Source: Octopus sinensis
Lineage: Eukaryota
DNA length: 64,000 nucleotides
Reading direction: 5' to 3'
Assembly (NCBI RefSeq): GCF_006345805.1
Contig: NC_043007.1
Span: 65,038,001-65,102,000 of the forward strand
Below the pieces are notes generated by a model. It saw only the letters and a list, made by a program, of their open reading frames with translations. It made no database searches and was not told where the DNA came from. This document shows, in pieces, positions 25,751 to 38,921 of this stretch. Position 1 is the first letter of the stretch, and every line of letters begins with the position of its first letter. The translations under genes and the position numbers were made by a program.

Positions 25751-26799
25751 ATTATGATTACTATCATTTAAAACAGTTTGATTCAGTTCTATGTGACTTC
25801 AAGTTTCTAAGGTTTCTTACAGAAAACTAGTTCGTTGAACTCAGTTAACGGAATGAAGAAATGCAGGAAGTCGAAGACGGTTATAGGAAACTAAGTTGTT
25901 CTTGGTCAAGTCTTTTCATATGGTGTTGCTCGAAGTGAGATCGATACTGGACAGTAAGCTGGTGGCGCCTTGCAGTCTGGTCGGACTTTGAAAGGATTAT
26001 GGGCTATCAAATACATGGCTACCGTGGATTTATGTGTGTATACCAGAGTATGTGTGAGTATTTGTGGGAGTGTGATGATTATGTGTATTAGTTATGCGTG
26101 TACGAGTGTGGCGGGTGCGCGCGTGTGTAAACTGGCGTGTGAGTGAGAGCTGATGACATCAACTCGTTGATGCGTATGTGCATGTTTGCGAGGGTGTGTA
26201 CGTATGTGCGTGGGTGCTTCTTGGCCGTGTACTCATGTGCGCGAATACATGGGATGTATATGTTAGCTGTGTATATCAGCTGCGTGTTTATCAGTTGTAT
26301 GAGTGTATGTGTGGGCGAATACATGTGAGTTACCGCCTGTTGTACACGCGTGTGCACGCGTAGTGTTTAGGATGCATGTACAGATATGTGTTCGTGAATA
26401 TGTACATTCATGTATTTATGTGTACTTATGAATGTGTGCGCGTTTATCTTGAAGAACATGTATCCAGGTGTGCGTGTATGTGTACATATATATCCATACT
26501 TTTGATATTTACATGTGCGAGAATGACAGATGTATGCTATTGTGGTTACAGCACACACAAACACACACATACACACATATTTAAGGCGTAGGTGTGGCCT
26601 TATGTTAAGATGTTTGATTCCCAATTGCGTGGTCCAAGTTTAGTCCCACTAGCCCAAGGTGCTAGTGTCTTCTGGTATTACCCTGGGCTAACCAAAGCCT
26701 TTTGAGTAGATTTCATATACGCCGTGTGTGTGTGTTTATAAAAGAAATATATTTTGTAAATGAACAATGACAGGGTAAAAAATGTACAACGTATACTGA

Positions 26800-26909
<110 letters not shown>

Positions 26910-27960
26910 CTGTGTGTGTGTGTGTGTGTATGTATGTATATATATATATATATATATGTATACAAATATTAGTGTGTGTATGTATATAAATATATATGTG
27001 CATGAGTGTGTATATGTCTGGCTGTGTGTACTTGTACATTCTGTACGTATAAGTGTATACAATTCTGCATGTATTACATAAAATAAAAAAAAGATGCTGG
27101 TAAGTGACAGGTAATTCAGAAGTCATGAAGCATCCAATAGAAATATATTGATCTAGCCCCGTTCCGAATATATAGTTGCAATGTTTGGAAATATCAAATA
27201 ACCAGAGCGATAGGCAGGAAGCATGAAATCGTTGGCGGGCAGATAAGTAGAAAAGTAGGGTTGATAGACAGAAAGCACGAAAGAAAATGAATATGGTTAG
27301 CAGGAGGAAAACAAATCGGGATATAGAATAAGTGGGAGTATAAAATGGAACAAAAAGTAGACAGGTAAAATATGAAAAAAATATATATATTGATGAGAAC
27401 ATATTCATGAATGAAGATTTAAAAAATTGATGTAGGTAAAGAAAGACGATAGACAAAGAAGTAGAAAAAGAAAAGACGAAGAGAAAGATGGAAAGCAAAA
27501 CGTCTACAAAAAAAAAAAACATGGATTGAAAGACAAAAAAGTGAGCTAAGGAAATAAGTAAAAATTAGAATAAGTCGTCGTCGTCTTCGTCGTCGTAGTA
27601 GTAGTAGACAAAGGATCGTTCCCAAAAAGTGCTTCAAGGTTTGGTTGTCAAAACGAAAATAGATGTACCATGCCTCTAGTTCAGGTGCATGCCATGAAGT
27701 TTATGGGTTATGGTGTTAGTGGATAAAATCAATCCAGCACCTGACTGATACTTTATTCAATCTCGGACGCAGGAAAATAGTTGTGAAAATAGCTTAGAAG
27801 ATCGGGTAAAATACATTTATAGATGGAAAATTTTCTTCATGTTCAAAATTTCCTTCATTTTTAAAATATCAAGTACTTAACGCTTCAATGTTCCTTTATA
27901 AAAATGTGCTCACATCCCAAAAGCTAAAAGCGTTATAAAAACGCTGTGACCGTTTCCAGG

Positions 27961-28032
27961 GATCGTTTAGCTCAAAGGAAAGAGCACTCGGTCGGAATTT
28001 GAGAGTCACAGAATTCGATTCTTTGTAACGGC
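27961..28032 (+). pseudogene. Degenerate tRNA-like sequence (tRNA pseudogene or solo SINE head)
   Basis: Cloverleaf spacing: GATCGTT/AACGGCT acceptor stem, GCTC/GAGC D-stem, CTCGG/TTGAG anticodon stem and a TTCGAT T-loop. Several mismatches, so the isotype cannot be assigned. Confidence 0.45.
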
Positions 28033-28249
28033 TTTCATGCCATTTTTTTCTGTCTATAAGGGTATTTTAACCGATCTTCTGTTTCCGCAGCTATTCTCCT
28101 TCATTCAAGATTTCCTTCAGTTGTAAAATACCAGTCTCTTGATGCTTCGATATTTGTTTATAAAAATGTTCCCTCATACATATATACACACGTATATATA
28201 ATTTTATAATTAATACTAGTTCCTCGAGTTCGGGAAAGATGGTTCTTGC

Positions 28250-28490
28250 TGAATACACTGCACAAATGATCAAATGTTTCCGCTGCACATTTGATCACTC
28301 TTTCCATCAAATCGACATTATGTGTAGAGTTGCACGATGTGCTACGCGTTAGATTTTGAAGTGATCACGGAGGAATGTGAGATCAAGTATTTTGCTCAAA
28401 AACAAACGCTCCACTCTTCCCGTCCGGGAATCAAAAACACACGGTCACGCGATCGTGAATGCAATATCCTACTTACGCGCCCTCGATATA
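28250..28490 (-). mobile_element. Diverged tRNA-derived SINE
   Basis: Reverse-orientation head GATTCCCGGACG...TTTTTGAGCAAAATACTT. Confidence 0.55.
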
Positions 28491-28499
28491 TATCACACG

Positions 28500-28923
28500 G
28501 ATTTTATACGCAAGTGAGACGTAAGCTACTACGAAGAAGGAAGAAAATCGAGTGGCTACGATGCAAAAGGCCATAGAAAGATCCATGCTAAGAATATCAT
28601 TTCGAGATCATATCCGAAATGAGATATTTCGAGAACGGAGTGGAGTGAACCACGTGATAGCAGAATACAGAAATCACAAGTTGCGCTGGTTTAGACATGT
28701 CGCACGTTTCAGGGACAACAGGAGGACTACCGTAGTTGCTGAGTGGTATGAAAGAGATCGGAAAAGACGGCCACTCGGAAGTCCTCCATGACGATGGGAA
28801 GACGATTTAGTTAAACGATTTGGGGCTGCCAAGATGAAAAAAGGAGCAATCAAGAAAGAATTGGAAACGTATTGTGAGTAGCGATGCGTAACAAAATCCA
28901 GTAATCTGGATGATACAAGGATA

Positions 28924-28925
<2 letters not shown>
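28500..28925 (+). mobile_element. RTE-1-like LINE 3' fragment
   Basis: YASET.ATTKKEE...MQKAIERSMLRISFRDHIRNE...KLRWF.HVARFRDNR.T..VAEWY.RD.KRRPLG.PP.RWEDDL. Confidence 0.85.
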
Positions 28926-28967
<42 letters not shown>

Positions 28968-29000
28968 TAAGAAAGTTTGTTTGGTAAAGCACGTGGGTGA

Positions 29001-29412
29001 ATATATAAGAAAATAGTAAAGAGTGAAAAAACGACAGAAGGCTTAAATGTTAAAAAATATATATATTTGCGTCAAAATGTCTGGAGAATATTGGAAAATT
29101 TTTTTTCCCTCCTTAAAATGACATAATTTTATAATTTTTAAAGAAATACCGGTTTCGCAGTTAGCTCTTCAAATTTCTTGTGACTTAATGTTTATTTTTA
29201 ATAACGTAATCCTTGTATTATTAAAAATAAACATTAAGTCACAAGAAATTTGAAGAGCTAACTGCGAAACCGGTATTTCTTTAAAAATTATAAAATTATG
29301 TCATTTTAAGGAGGGAAAAAATTTTTTTCAATATTCTCCAGACATTTTGACGCAAATATATATATTTTTTAACATTTAAGCCTTCTGTCGTTTTTTCACT
29401 CTTTACTATTTT

Positions 29413-29421
<9 letters not shown>
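29001..29421. mobile_element. About 420-bp palindrome (203-bp arms, 15-nt loop) with a hammerhead-like motif in each arm; probable inverted PLE terminal-repeat remnant
   Basis: Arms are near-perfect reverse complements flanked by TA runs. The motif AAGAAAT-TTGAAGA-GC(taact)GC-GAAA-CCGG-TA-TTTCTT lies at 29243-29281 and is mirrored on the minus strand. Confidence 0.75.
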
Positions 29422-29454
<33 letters not shown>

Positions 29455-29589
29455 AAGACTTGTGTCTAGGAGGGTAACTTTCTAGGTGCAATCCCATGGT
29501 CATTCATGACCGAAGGGGGTCTTTACCCTTTATATATATATATATATGACTGACCTACCTATATATAGTGATATATATATATGACTGAC

Positions 29590-29900
29590 CTACCTAAACA
29601 GAAGCTTAAAGGAGAAGCAGGCATCATACTAGTAAAAAGCAATTCATGGGTACATATTCCATAAGCTAGAAGATAACAACAGCATTGACAAGAAGAGTAA
29701 CCTCTCCTGAACCTCTGGTGGGTCCATTGCATTCAAATCAGGAACAGGAGATAGCTACTAAATACCTGATAAACAGAAGAGACAAAGATATCCCCAAACC
29801 TCGACATTGTGATAGAAAATGTGGCTCTGATATACCAGTGTAGAAGATATCCTCATCATCAGCAGCTGTTGATGATGTGAATGATATCAAGGTGTAACAT
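29590..29900 (+). mobile_element. R4/Dong-like C-terminal fragment
   Basis: IQIRNRR/QEIATKYLINRRDKD...CDRKC...VEDI.HHQQL, matching the QEQ-I-TKYL / C..C....E...HI...C zinc-knuckle region. Confidence 0.6.
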
Positions 29901-31327
29901 GTTCGAACATTTTGGGTTTTAGACGAGACAGTATAAAAAATTGAACCATTATTATATTATTTTCCGGCTCTTTACGTTCTCAGCTAAAATTTTATCGATG
30001 TCGGCTTTGTCGTTAGTCCTTTTGTATCAGTCAAAAACTGGGGTTAATGTAATCAGCTTGTCTCCCCCTCTAAAATATTTTTAGGAATTATTATTTTTAT
30101 TATTTTCTGTTATAAGCTTTGTTCCACAGTTGAAAATACAGATGTGGTATGAGATGGCAACACAATGTTTACTAAGGATCTATCCTGAAGATTCACTTTT
30201 TGTTTTCCGACATTTTGCCGTAATCTACAAATAGCTAGGCCCTTAGATTACAGAATTTAATAGATTCAACTGTACATACTCACTGTTTGGCTTCGTGTGT
30301 GAATGTGTTGTATGTGTGACTGTATGTGGGCGTGTGTTCTTCACGTAGCTGGTGTTTATCTCTCGTTTGTGTGACCTTTAAACGGGTTGAAGACGAATAT
30401 TAATTTCAAAACGAACACCATTCTATCCATCCGGACAATTTATATTTTTCCACAGGAAAAAAAAACAACAAAAAAAAAAACAAAGTCAGCGCTACACGAT
30501 GATTATTTCCAGTGTTTTCGTGTTTGATATTCCAAAGGCGTAACTTCCGGTTTGTTTTTCAATATTCTGTTGCTTCCAGAGAATCGCTTTACTTTGTTTC
30601 TTGTGGCTCGAATGGAGGAAGGTGTTCCTTTACCTTGCATAACCTGGAGGCGCTACCATACCTACATGCCTAGTGTTACTTGTATACTTACAGCTATTGC
30701 CGTCTTAGAATTGATAGTAGTGAGCGTATTTGTTGTAATACTTTTGGCAATGTTGCTGGAGGACATGAAACTGAAACGATAATGACAGGAAAATCAATAT
30801 TCAGCCATATTAATATCAGCTGATTGAAGAAGTAATTAAGTATTTTCACGGTAATTCTTGGTCCCTAGTTTTCATTTTATCGCTTTTGTTCTACGTCTGT
30901 TTGTCTGTTTCTCTCTCATCACGAATATTATTTATATCTATTTATATTTATATCTATTTACATATATACATATATACACACACAGAGAAACATATATACA
31001 CTCGCACACATAGATCTATAATATCAATCTATGACTCCTTTTCTATGAATCTCTATATGTATATACATATACACTCGTGTGCACACCTTCATTCAAACAC
31101 ACAAACACACATATACATACACACATACACACACACGCGCGCACACATACACACACACGCGCGCACACATGTATATACTTTTCTTCACACCGTTTACCTT
31201 CCCTCTCTTTATCTACCTATTTCTCTATCTATCACTTTACCTACCAATCTTTGCATTTATTCACTTATTTGCGCTTTGATATGTATGCTCATCTTTATCT
31301 GTTTATGTACCTATCTCTTTATCTCTC

Positions 31328-31361
<34 letters not shown>

Positions 31362-32039
31362 CTCTTTATCTGTTTGTCTTTTTGCCAGTCACTCTACTTC
31401 ACTCTCGCTGTATTAATTTCTGTCAATCCATAAAATCATTCAATTATTACTATGAAACTAGAAATTTCAAGTCTTTCCTAAGTTCTTTAAAGTCCAATGT
31501 TAACCCACCAGGAAGGATCGAACTGTTTTAAAGTCTTCCATGAGCTGTGAGGAAGCTAATCTCTATACGCAAGATTATAGACTGGTAGTGATGTTTAAGG
31601 GGAAGAAAAATGCCTGTTTGAGGTAGATATAAAATGAAAATGCAGTATAAGAAACAAGTCTTAGCTCGTTCAAATAAGTTCAAGCAAGAATTATATCCTC
31701 ATAGAATAACATATTCGTATTAATGAAATTCGCAGCACTTTACTGCACCAACAGCTTGACCAATCTAAATGGAACTTAATCTGCTGCTTAATTTTATTGT
31801 TTATTATCTATCCTTTGACATAGTTCGTCACTGTGAACTGTCATCTAGACATGTCTATTTAGGTTCATCTATTTTTTTCTGATCTCTGCCTAATAATACT
31901 CACCTAATCAGAAAAAAAGTCAATAAAATTCCTTCGTATAGGGAAGCAAAACAGTGGGCTATATCGAATGCATTAGCTGTCTAGTCCTTCATTTTATTGA
32001 GCCTAGATCATTGGAAAATAAAGAGTGATTCTGGTGTGA

Positions 32040-32069
32040 TTTGAGCTAACAATAATAATAATAATAATG

Positions 32070-32120
<51 letters not shown>

Positions 32121-32335
32121 TTTTGTCGTGGTATAATATATTGTCTTGGTATAAGAGATGGGCTACAACAAATATTCTGCTCAATACCACAGATTTGCCA
32201 GTCAGTTGTTTCACCTTAACCAGTTGAGCATGACACTTAGTGGCTGACGATATGTGCATCTCTGGTCACGAGCAGAAGTAGTGGGGTAGCATCATGGCAC
32301 ACTAAGGCTGTCATTTGTCAAAATTTTGTCTTTAT
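32040..32335 (-). mobile_element. Diverged SINE-like repeat with (ATT)n tail
   Basis: Reverse complement of CTTCTGCTCGTGACCAGAGATGCACATATCGTCAGCCAC...GTATTGAGCAGAATATTTG and an (ATT)n tail. Confidence 0.55.
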
Positions 32336-32594
32336 TTAAATGCATTGACCCCAACAAACAACCCCCCACATCCGAGAATTATGTAGTCGAAAGGTCTGTG
32401 ACTCAGCATTTCTGTGCTTAGAGTTATTGCGTTTGTTGGTGTATCGGTACTGTTTTGGTGGTTTTTCTTCGTCTCTTCTTGCTATTTCTTTGCCGTTGTC
32501 GTCATTGTTTATCGTGTGACTATAGCTGTTGTTGCTCTTGTTACTATGCTCCTTATTGTGCCTTTTGTTGTGGCCACTGTTGTTGTAGTGGCGT

Positions 32595-32621
32595 AGTAGT
32601 AGTAGTAGTCGTAGTAGCAGT

Positions 32622-32679
<58 letters not shown>

Positions 32680-33028
32680 ACAGTAGCTGCAGCATAAATA
32701 TCATCATCATCGTTATCATCGTTGTCGTCGTCATCATCATCATCAACAGCAGCAGCAGCAGCAACTGCATTCTTCTTCTCCTTCTTCTTCTTCTTCTTCT
32801 TCTTCTTCTTTCTTTTCTTCTTCTTCTTCTTCTTCTTCTTCTTCTTCTTCTTCTTCTTCTTCTTCTCTTTTCTTCTTCATCTTCTTCATCTTCCTTTTTC
32901 TTTTTCTTCATCTTCATCTTCCTTTTTCTTCTTCTTCTTCTTCTTCTTCTTCTTCTTCTTTTCTCTTCCTCCTCCTCCCCTTCTTCTTTTCTCTTCCTCC
33001 TCCTCCCCCTTCTTCTTCTTCTTCTTCT

Positions 33029-33059
<31 letters not shown>

Positions 33060-33095
33060 TTATTATTATTATTATTATTATTAGTAGTAGTAGTA
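32595..33095. repeat. Compound trinucleotide tract (GTA/GCA/TCA/TTC/TTA)n
   Basis: Direct reading; explains the poly-R, poly-F and poly-L ORFs. Confidence 0.95.
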
Positions 33096-33587
33096 TGTGA
33101 GGGTGCATATAGGAATTCTAAATTAAGAATTCTCGAGAATTTCGCCAGTAGTAGTAACTACTCACTGATAAATGCACTAATTTCCAAGAAGACATACAAT
33201 ATATAGAGAGATATACGAAAATAAACGTAAATTATATGCTCTCGTATATGCAACGGAATTAATTACAAGGTATAGATTCAAGATCCTTCCTAATTCAAGG
33301 ACCAAACAGGAAAGAACACATTGGCAGATGAAGAAAATTAGGGTTAGGAAACCAAAGTGTATGTTCAGAGAGAAAATTGTGGTGTATAAAATTGTGGCGC
33401 GTAAAATTGTGTCTTATGTTCTCCATTTTTGAAGCAGAGGTTTGTGCGTTGAAAATGAAGCGATTATTTTGTGTTTGAAATATGGTCAGTGGAGTGACGT
33501 GGGAAATGAAAATAGAACGTATTATTAATGTATGTGTGATGTTTATTTGAAGGGATGTATATATAGATTGTATTATGTATATATACG

Positions 33588-33669
<82 letters not shown>

Positions 33670-33980
33670 TGTGTGTGTGTGTGTGGTGTGTGTGGTATCT
33701 ATATCCATCTATCATCTATCTATCTATTTACATACACACACACATGTTGATTAGCCACAAATTAGTATTGTTGCAAAAGAAAGACCTGCAACCGATGACA
33801 TTCCAGATCAGTCCGTTCCGTCTCTAGCAAAACATTGACCTGTGTGTCTTATATTTTTCAAGCACTAAGGTATAGTTTGAAAAAGATTTCTGGTATACAT
33901 ACATACATATATGTGTTTTGTGTGTGTGTGTGTGTGTGTATGTGTGTGTGGTGTGTGTGTGTATGTGTGTGTGTGTTTTT

Positions 33981-34032
<52 letters not shown>

Positions 34033-35013
34033 ATTCTGCTGCAGTTTGGGATCAGCCACTCATTAATAGATGGATGCTTTTTATGCCTCTAATTAAAAGA
34101 GTATCAGGAAGACAGAGACCTTGGTTAAGGTGACTGACACTTAACTCTCGCTCGAGTGCGAGGTGTCAATCACCTTAACCAGAACCCTTGGTTTAGATAA
34201 ACGTGATATTTAAGGAAATGGAAGTCAAAAGGATATATGGAAGAATGAGCATTAGCGTACAATCCCATATAAAAATGGAAAGAGGAATACAATTAATGGT
34301 ATTTTTCTTTCAAATGTTTTAGAAATATCAACGGTCGAATGATAGAGCTTGACATAATTTCTTCCACTCAGGGATAATTATTACGTGGTGGAGTGGGATT
34401 TCCTGTAAAGTTCACCTATTGCTTTGTACATACATACATGCATACATACGTACATACATACATATGTATATACAAACATATATATGTATGTGTATATGTA
34501 TAACTAATGCAATGTAATGTAAAGTATGTATGTATGAATTAGATAATGAATAAATAAATATTCATGCTCAGTATTAGTGCCAAGTGCAATAGACCCAATT
34601 GATTTTTCATGAACTTTAGTAAATAGACATCTGCATCCATCAACGGGTGACCAAATTTGATCCCACCGTCCTATCGTCCGTGGAATGTAAAATGTGACAT
34701 TGAAATTCCATTGTTTTCCAACAGAAATTAGCTCAACAAGTTCAATAGTTCCATGTCTAATTATGAAATAAATTGCTGTTAATAAGATTCTAATTTTTTC
34801 CGGATTATTAAATTCATCATTAGAATGCATATTTAGAATCGGATATCAGTGGTATTGAAACGAAATATAAATATAAATATTACAAAGAATGGAAAGCCAT
34901 TAGTCTAAAAATTCAGAATCTTGTATAATTACAGCCTGGAGAATCAAACTTGGGTTGTAGATTCAATTTTCCAACAATTTAGCTACACTTTATATATATA
35001 TATATATATATAT

Positions 35014-35432
35014 ACTCTTACTCTTTTTTACTCTTTTACTTGTTTCAGTCATTTGACTGTGGCCATGCTGGGGCACCGCCTTTAATCGAGCAAGTCGACC
35101 CCGGGACTTATTCATTTTGTAAGCCCAGTACTTATTCTATCGGTCTTTTTGCCGAACCGCTAAGTAACGGGGGCATAAACACACCAGCATCGGTTGTCAA
35201 GCAATGCTAGGGGGACAAACACAGACACACAGTACACACACACGCTTATATATATATATATATATATATACATATATACGACGGGCTTCTTTCAGTTTCC
35301 GTCTACTAAATCCACTCACAAGGCTTTGGTCGGCTCGAGGCTATAGTAGAAGACACTTGCCCAAGGTGCCACGCAGTGGGACTGAATCCGGAACCATGTG
35401 GTTGGTAAACAAGCTACTTACCACACAGCCAC
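35014..35432 (-). mobile_element. Full-length CORE-type SINE family B with internal microsatellite
   Basis: Head GTGGCTGTGTGGTAAG...CCGGATTCAGTCCC...GGCACCTTGGGCAAGTGTCTTCTACTATAGCCTCG (CORE-like), a (TA)/(TG) spacer, a second body, and a tail GAAACAAGT(AAAAGAGT)n. Confidence 0.9.
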
Positions 35433-35442
35433 ATAAATACAT

Positions 35443-35610
35443 AGGCACGGGCATGGATGTAAGGCAAGAAGCTTGCGTCTCAACCACATGGTTCTGGGTT
35501 CAGTCCCCCTGCATGGTTCCTAGGGCAAGTGTCTTCTACTATAGCCTCGGGCTGACCAGCCCCTTCTGAGTGGATTTGATAGACAAAAACTGAAAGAGGT
35601 CTGTCGTACA
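35443..35610 (+). mobile_element. SINE family B, 5' half
   Basis: GCTTGCGTCTCAACCACATGGTTCTGGGTTCAGTCCC...GGGCAAGTGTCTTCTACTATAGCCTCGG. Confidence 0.85.
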
Positions 35611-36714
35611 CACACACACACACACACACACAGAGAGGTTGTTTCCATTCCCTACTCTTGAACAACAACATATAGCTGGCCATAGGCAGCAATAAATCAG
35701 CTTTTATGAGTTGAACGACAATTCTTCCGCCGCCATTTTATTTAAAGAGAATTTGGTGCACATAGGGCCTTACTTTTCGTACAAACAATTATTTGTAGTA
35801 GCTGGTACGTATTCAATCTCCTGTCCGTTGTTTGAAAGAAAATTACACCGCTGTCGCTAAACACTATTTCAAAGTGTGATTTTCATGGTTTGGGAGTGCT
35901 CTAAACCATAAAGATATTTGAAATTTAGTATTTTTTAAGGTAATAACAAAATTAGTCAAATTTATTTTCATGTAGTCGGAGTGCGCTAAATTTCCATAGC
36001 TCTGACGGCCGACGGCATGAAAATAGGTCCGACAAATTTTATTAATATCTGAAAAAATACTAAGTTACCAACATTTTTATGGTAGAGAGTTATGAGAGGT
36101 AATATTGTATGAGAGAGTGAGTTCAATAAGTACTTCAGTTCCGAAGGTTATGAAGCTCGTGTTATGGTTAAATCACTTCATACAGTTATAATATTTAGAG
36201 AAAGATTTTTTTATTGTTTATTTTGGGAATTATAATATTTAGAGAAATATATTTTCAAAATGCTAGGAGGAAGAAAAAAACGAGAATGAAGAATACTAGA
36301 AGTGACAATGAATAATGTAAGAGGGGGTCGAGGAGTAAAGTTAAAAAGTGTGACGCAGTGACACACTGACATTCGCTTTCGCATATATTATTATAGATAT
36401 ATGTATATGTATTTTTGTAAAGGAACACGTTCAGTTATATTCAATATTTTTCTGGCCTAAATGGCCATTATCATAAGCTGTGCGAGGAGAACTCAAAAAG
36501 AACACAGTTATACGCATTAAGTTTGAATCAGCTAATAAACTGCAGACAGTTCGCAGCGGTTGATTAACTCTGATTTAAGGTACTTATTGTTGTATATCTC
36601 CTCATTGTATATCTCTTGATTATCAATATTTCTGTCTGTAGTCTCGATTTGGATGGTAACCTTACAGGTATTTTCCATATAAATTTGTAATAGATGAGAC
36701 GTTCATATATTCTT

Positions 36715-36938
36715 TTATTTATTTTACTTGTTTCAGTCATTTGACTGCGGCCATGCAGGAGTGCCACCTTTTGTCGAGCGAATCGACCACAAGACTTATT
36801 CTTTGTAAGCCTAGTACTTATACTACTGGTCTCTTTTGCCGAACCGCTAAGTTACGGGGACGTAAACGTACCAGCATCGGTTGTCAAGTGATGTTGGGGA
36901 GACAAACACAGACACACAGACACACAGACACACAGACA

Positions 36939-36983
<45 letters not shown>

Positions 36984-37130
36984 ACACATAGATATATATA
37001 TTTATATACGACGAGCTTCTTTCAGTTTCCGTCTACCAAATCCACTCACAAAGCTTTGGTCGGCTCGAGGCTATAGTAGAAGACACTTGCTCAAGGTACC
37101 ACGCAGTGGGACTGAACCCAGAACCATGGA
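36715..37130 (-). mobile_element. SINE family B, head truncated
   Basis: Same body as 35014-35432. Confidence 0.9.
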
Positions 37131-37164
37131 GTGGGTTTACTGCGAAGCTCACTTATGTGGACAA

Positions 37165-37930
37165 CCCCTAAACAACCCCAAACACCCTCTCCTCAACCCA
37201 CTGGGATTTGGAGAAGGAAAATTAGGATGGTATAACCCCGCTTTCAGCTTAGAAGTTTCCACCAACGTAGCTAGAAGCTTCCTGTCGTTAATTAAGAAAC
37301 ACTTCCCAAAGGCCATAAGTATCACAAACTCTTCAGACCCCATAATATCTTGGTGAGCTACTCTTACTTAGACAACATCGCATCTTAGATCGCATGCATC
37401 AACTGATGTAAAAATGCACCCACACCACCCCAACCTAACCTGCAACTGCTAAAATCCCACCATATACCCTCTAGTAGTCTCTCAAGGATCGCAGTATACA
37501 GAGCAATCCTTACACCATCCGATGGCATTACTGGGCACTATACAGGTATGACAGCATATGCACTCATATGATACTCCCAGCATATGCACTCGTTCAGATT
37601 CAAGGACAGAGAGAACTCTACATCCCTCTTTCGTTTTCACTGGAGATTCCGTGATCTCCGTGATGAAATACCCAGTATCAAGTAGACTATTGTCGACAGA
37701 GCACCACCATATTCACCCGGCACCCCCAGCTGCCAGCTTTGCCTCTGCGTAAAACTTCATATCCTCCAACAACCGCAGTATCCATCAAGAAGAAATACGA
37801 TTTATCGTATTGCTGTCACCAGAGGTTGCAGGTCTCTGACTGCCGACACCCTAGATATACCACCGTAGCACCAGCTGCTACTCTGCACCGCCTGCACCAA
37901 AGTCACTGCTATGAATCATCCCGATGATTA
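37165..37930 (+). mobile_element. Penelope-like element 3' fragment (GIY-YIG region), a second PLE family
   Basis: K.[37 protein letters not shown]...VSYS...CNC...AVYRA...HY.GMT...HMHSFRFK...NST.L..F.W...IVDRAPPYSPG...CQLCL. Confidence 0.85.
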
Positions 37931-38664
37931 GGACCGATATTTGCCTATCCCCAATGTTTACCAAACGCCAACACATACTAATCCCCAACGCTTGTTTTGT
38001 TCGTGTATACTCGCGCATGCGCACACTGGTGTGCTTCCGTACATGCATGTGAATGTACAGGAATGTAAATGAATGAATACGCACGTGTGTGTATACATGT
38101 ATGTGTGTGCATGACTGCGTATGCGAGTGAATGTGCGTGCGTGCGCGCGTGTGTGTTATCGTCCAAGCGCTTGTGTGTGTGTTTGTGAGTAGACGCGCAT
38201 GTGCGTGCTCATGTACACATGCGCTCACTCGTATCAGTATACACATGCACACAAAACTATATGAGCGCTTCAACACACCCACAAATAGAACTATATACTT
38301 GCACATACCACCCCTTCCTACTCCCCACAACCAACTAACCGATATTTAATCGCGACGTGGTCAATTTTCTGTTCACCATGCAGTAATTTCTGTTACCCAT
38401 ATACCAACATCAAACCGCGTGATCTTCCTCGACCAATCGCAACCCACCTTACAGTAATAATAATTGACTTATGTCATTCAAATTCAAAATGACTGACGAC
38501 CAGCATCACGTTTCAAACTCAAGAGTACCAACGAATTTGAATCGAACTGTTTTGATCCTTACATGTAACTCACAATAAATTGGTTGAGTGCCCCTCTGGC
38601 ATTTGTCCACTTACTCGTGTGTGTGTGTGTATATGTATATATATATACATATATACATATATAT

Positions 38665-38860
38665 GTATATATATGATTGACCACTAGCTCCAAAGTTTCT
38701 TTCTTATTCTCTCTCTATTTTCACGTGTACTTTTCTGTTGAAGAGCGTAGGCTTGAAACGTAAAAGACTCTCTCACCTTCCCGAGCGTTAAACTAATACA
38801 CCTGTTTGTTGTTTACACACCTGTCTTCGTTTTTTTGTTTTTCTGTAAATTTCAACTATA
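38665..38860 (+). mobile_element. Short PLE terminal-repeat-like element with non-canonical minimal hammerhead (family H)
   Basis: CTTTT-CTGTTGA-A-GAGC(gtag)GCTT-GAAA-CG-TA-AAAG at 38730-38766, then a tail CACCTGTCTTCGT...AAATTTCAAC into (TA)n. Confidence 0.7.
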
Positions 38861-38921
38861 TATATATATATAAACCTACACATACACACAAATATACAAA
38901 TGCAAACATATACACACACAT

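Noticed and set aside
30540-30555. ACTTCCGG ETS-type promoter motif
   Set aside because: It is a single 8-mer with no CpG-rich or other supporting context.
33338-33348. TTAGGGTTAGG telomere-like motif
   Set aside because: Fewer than two units; not an interstitial telomere array.
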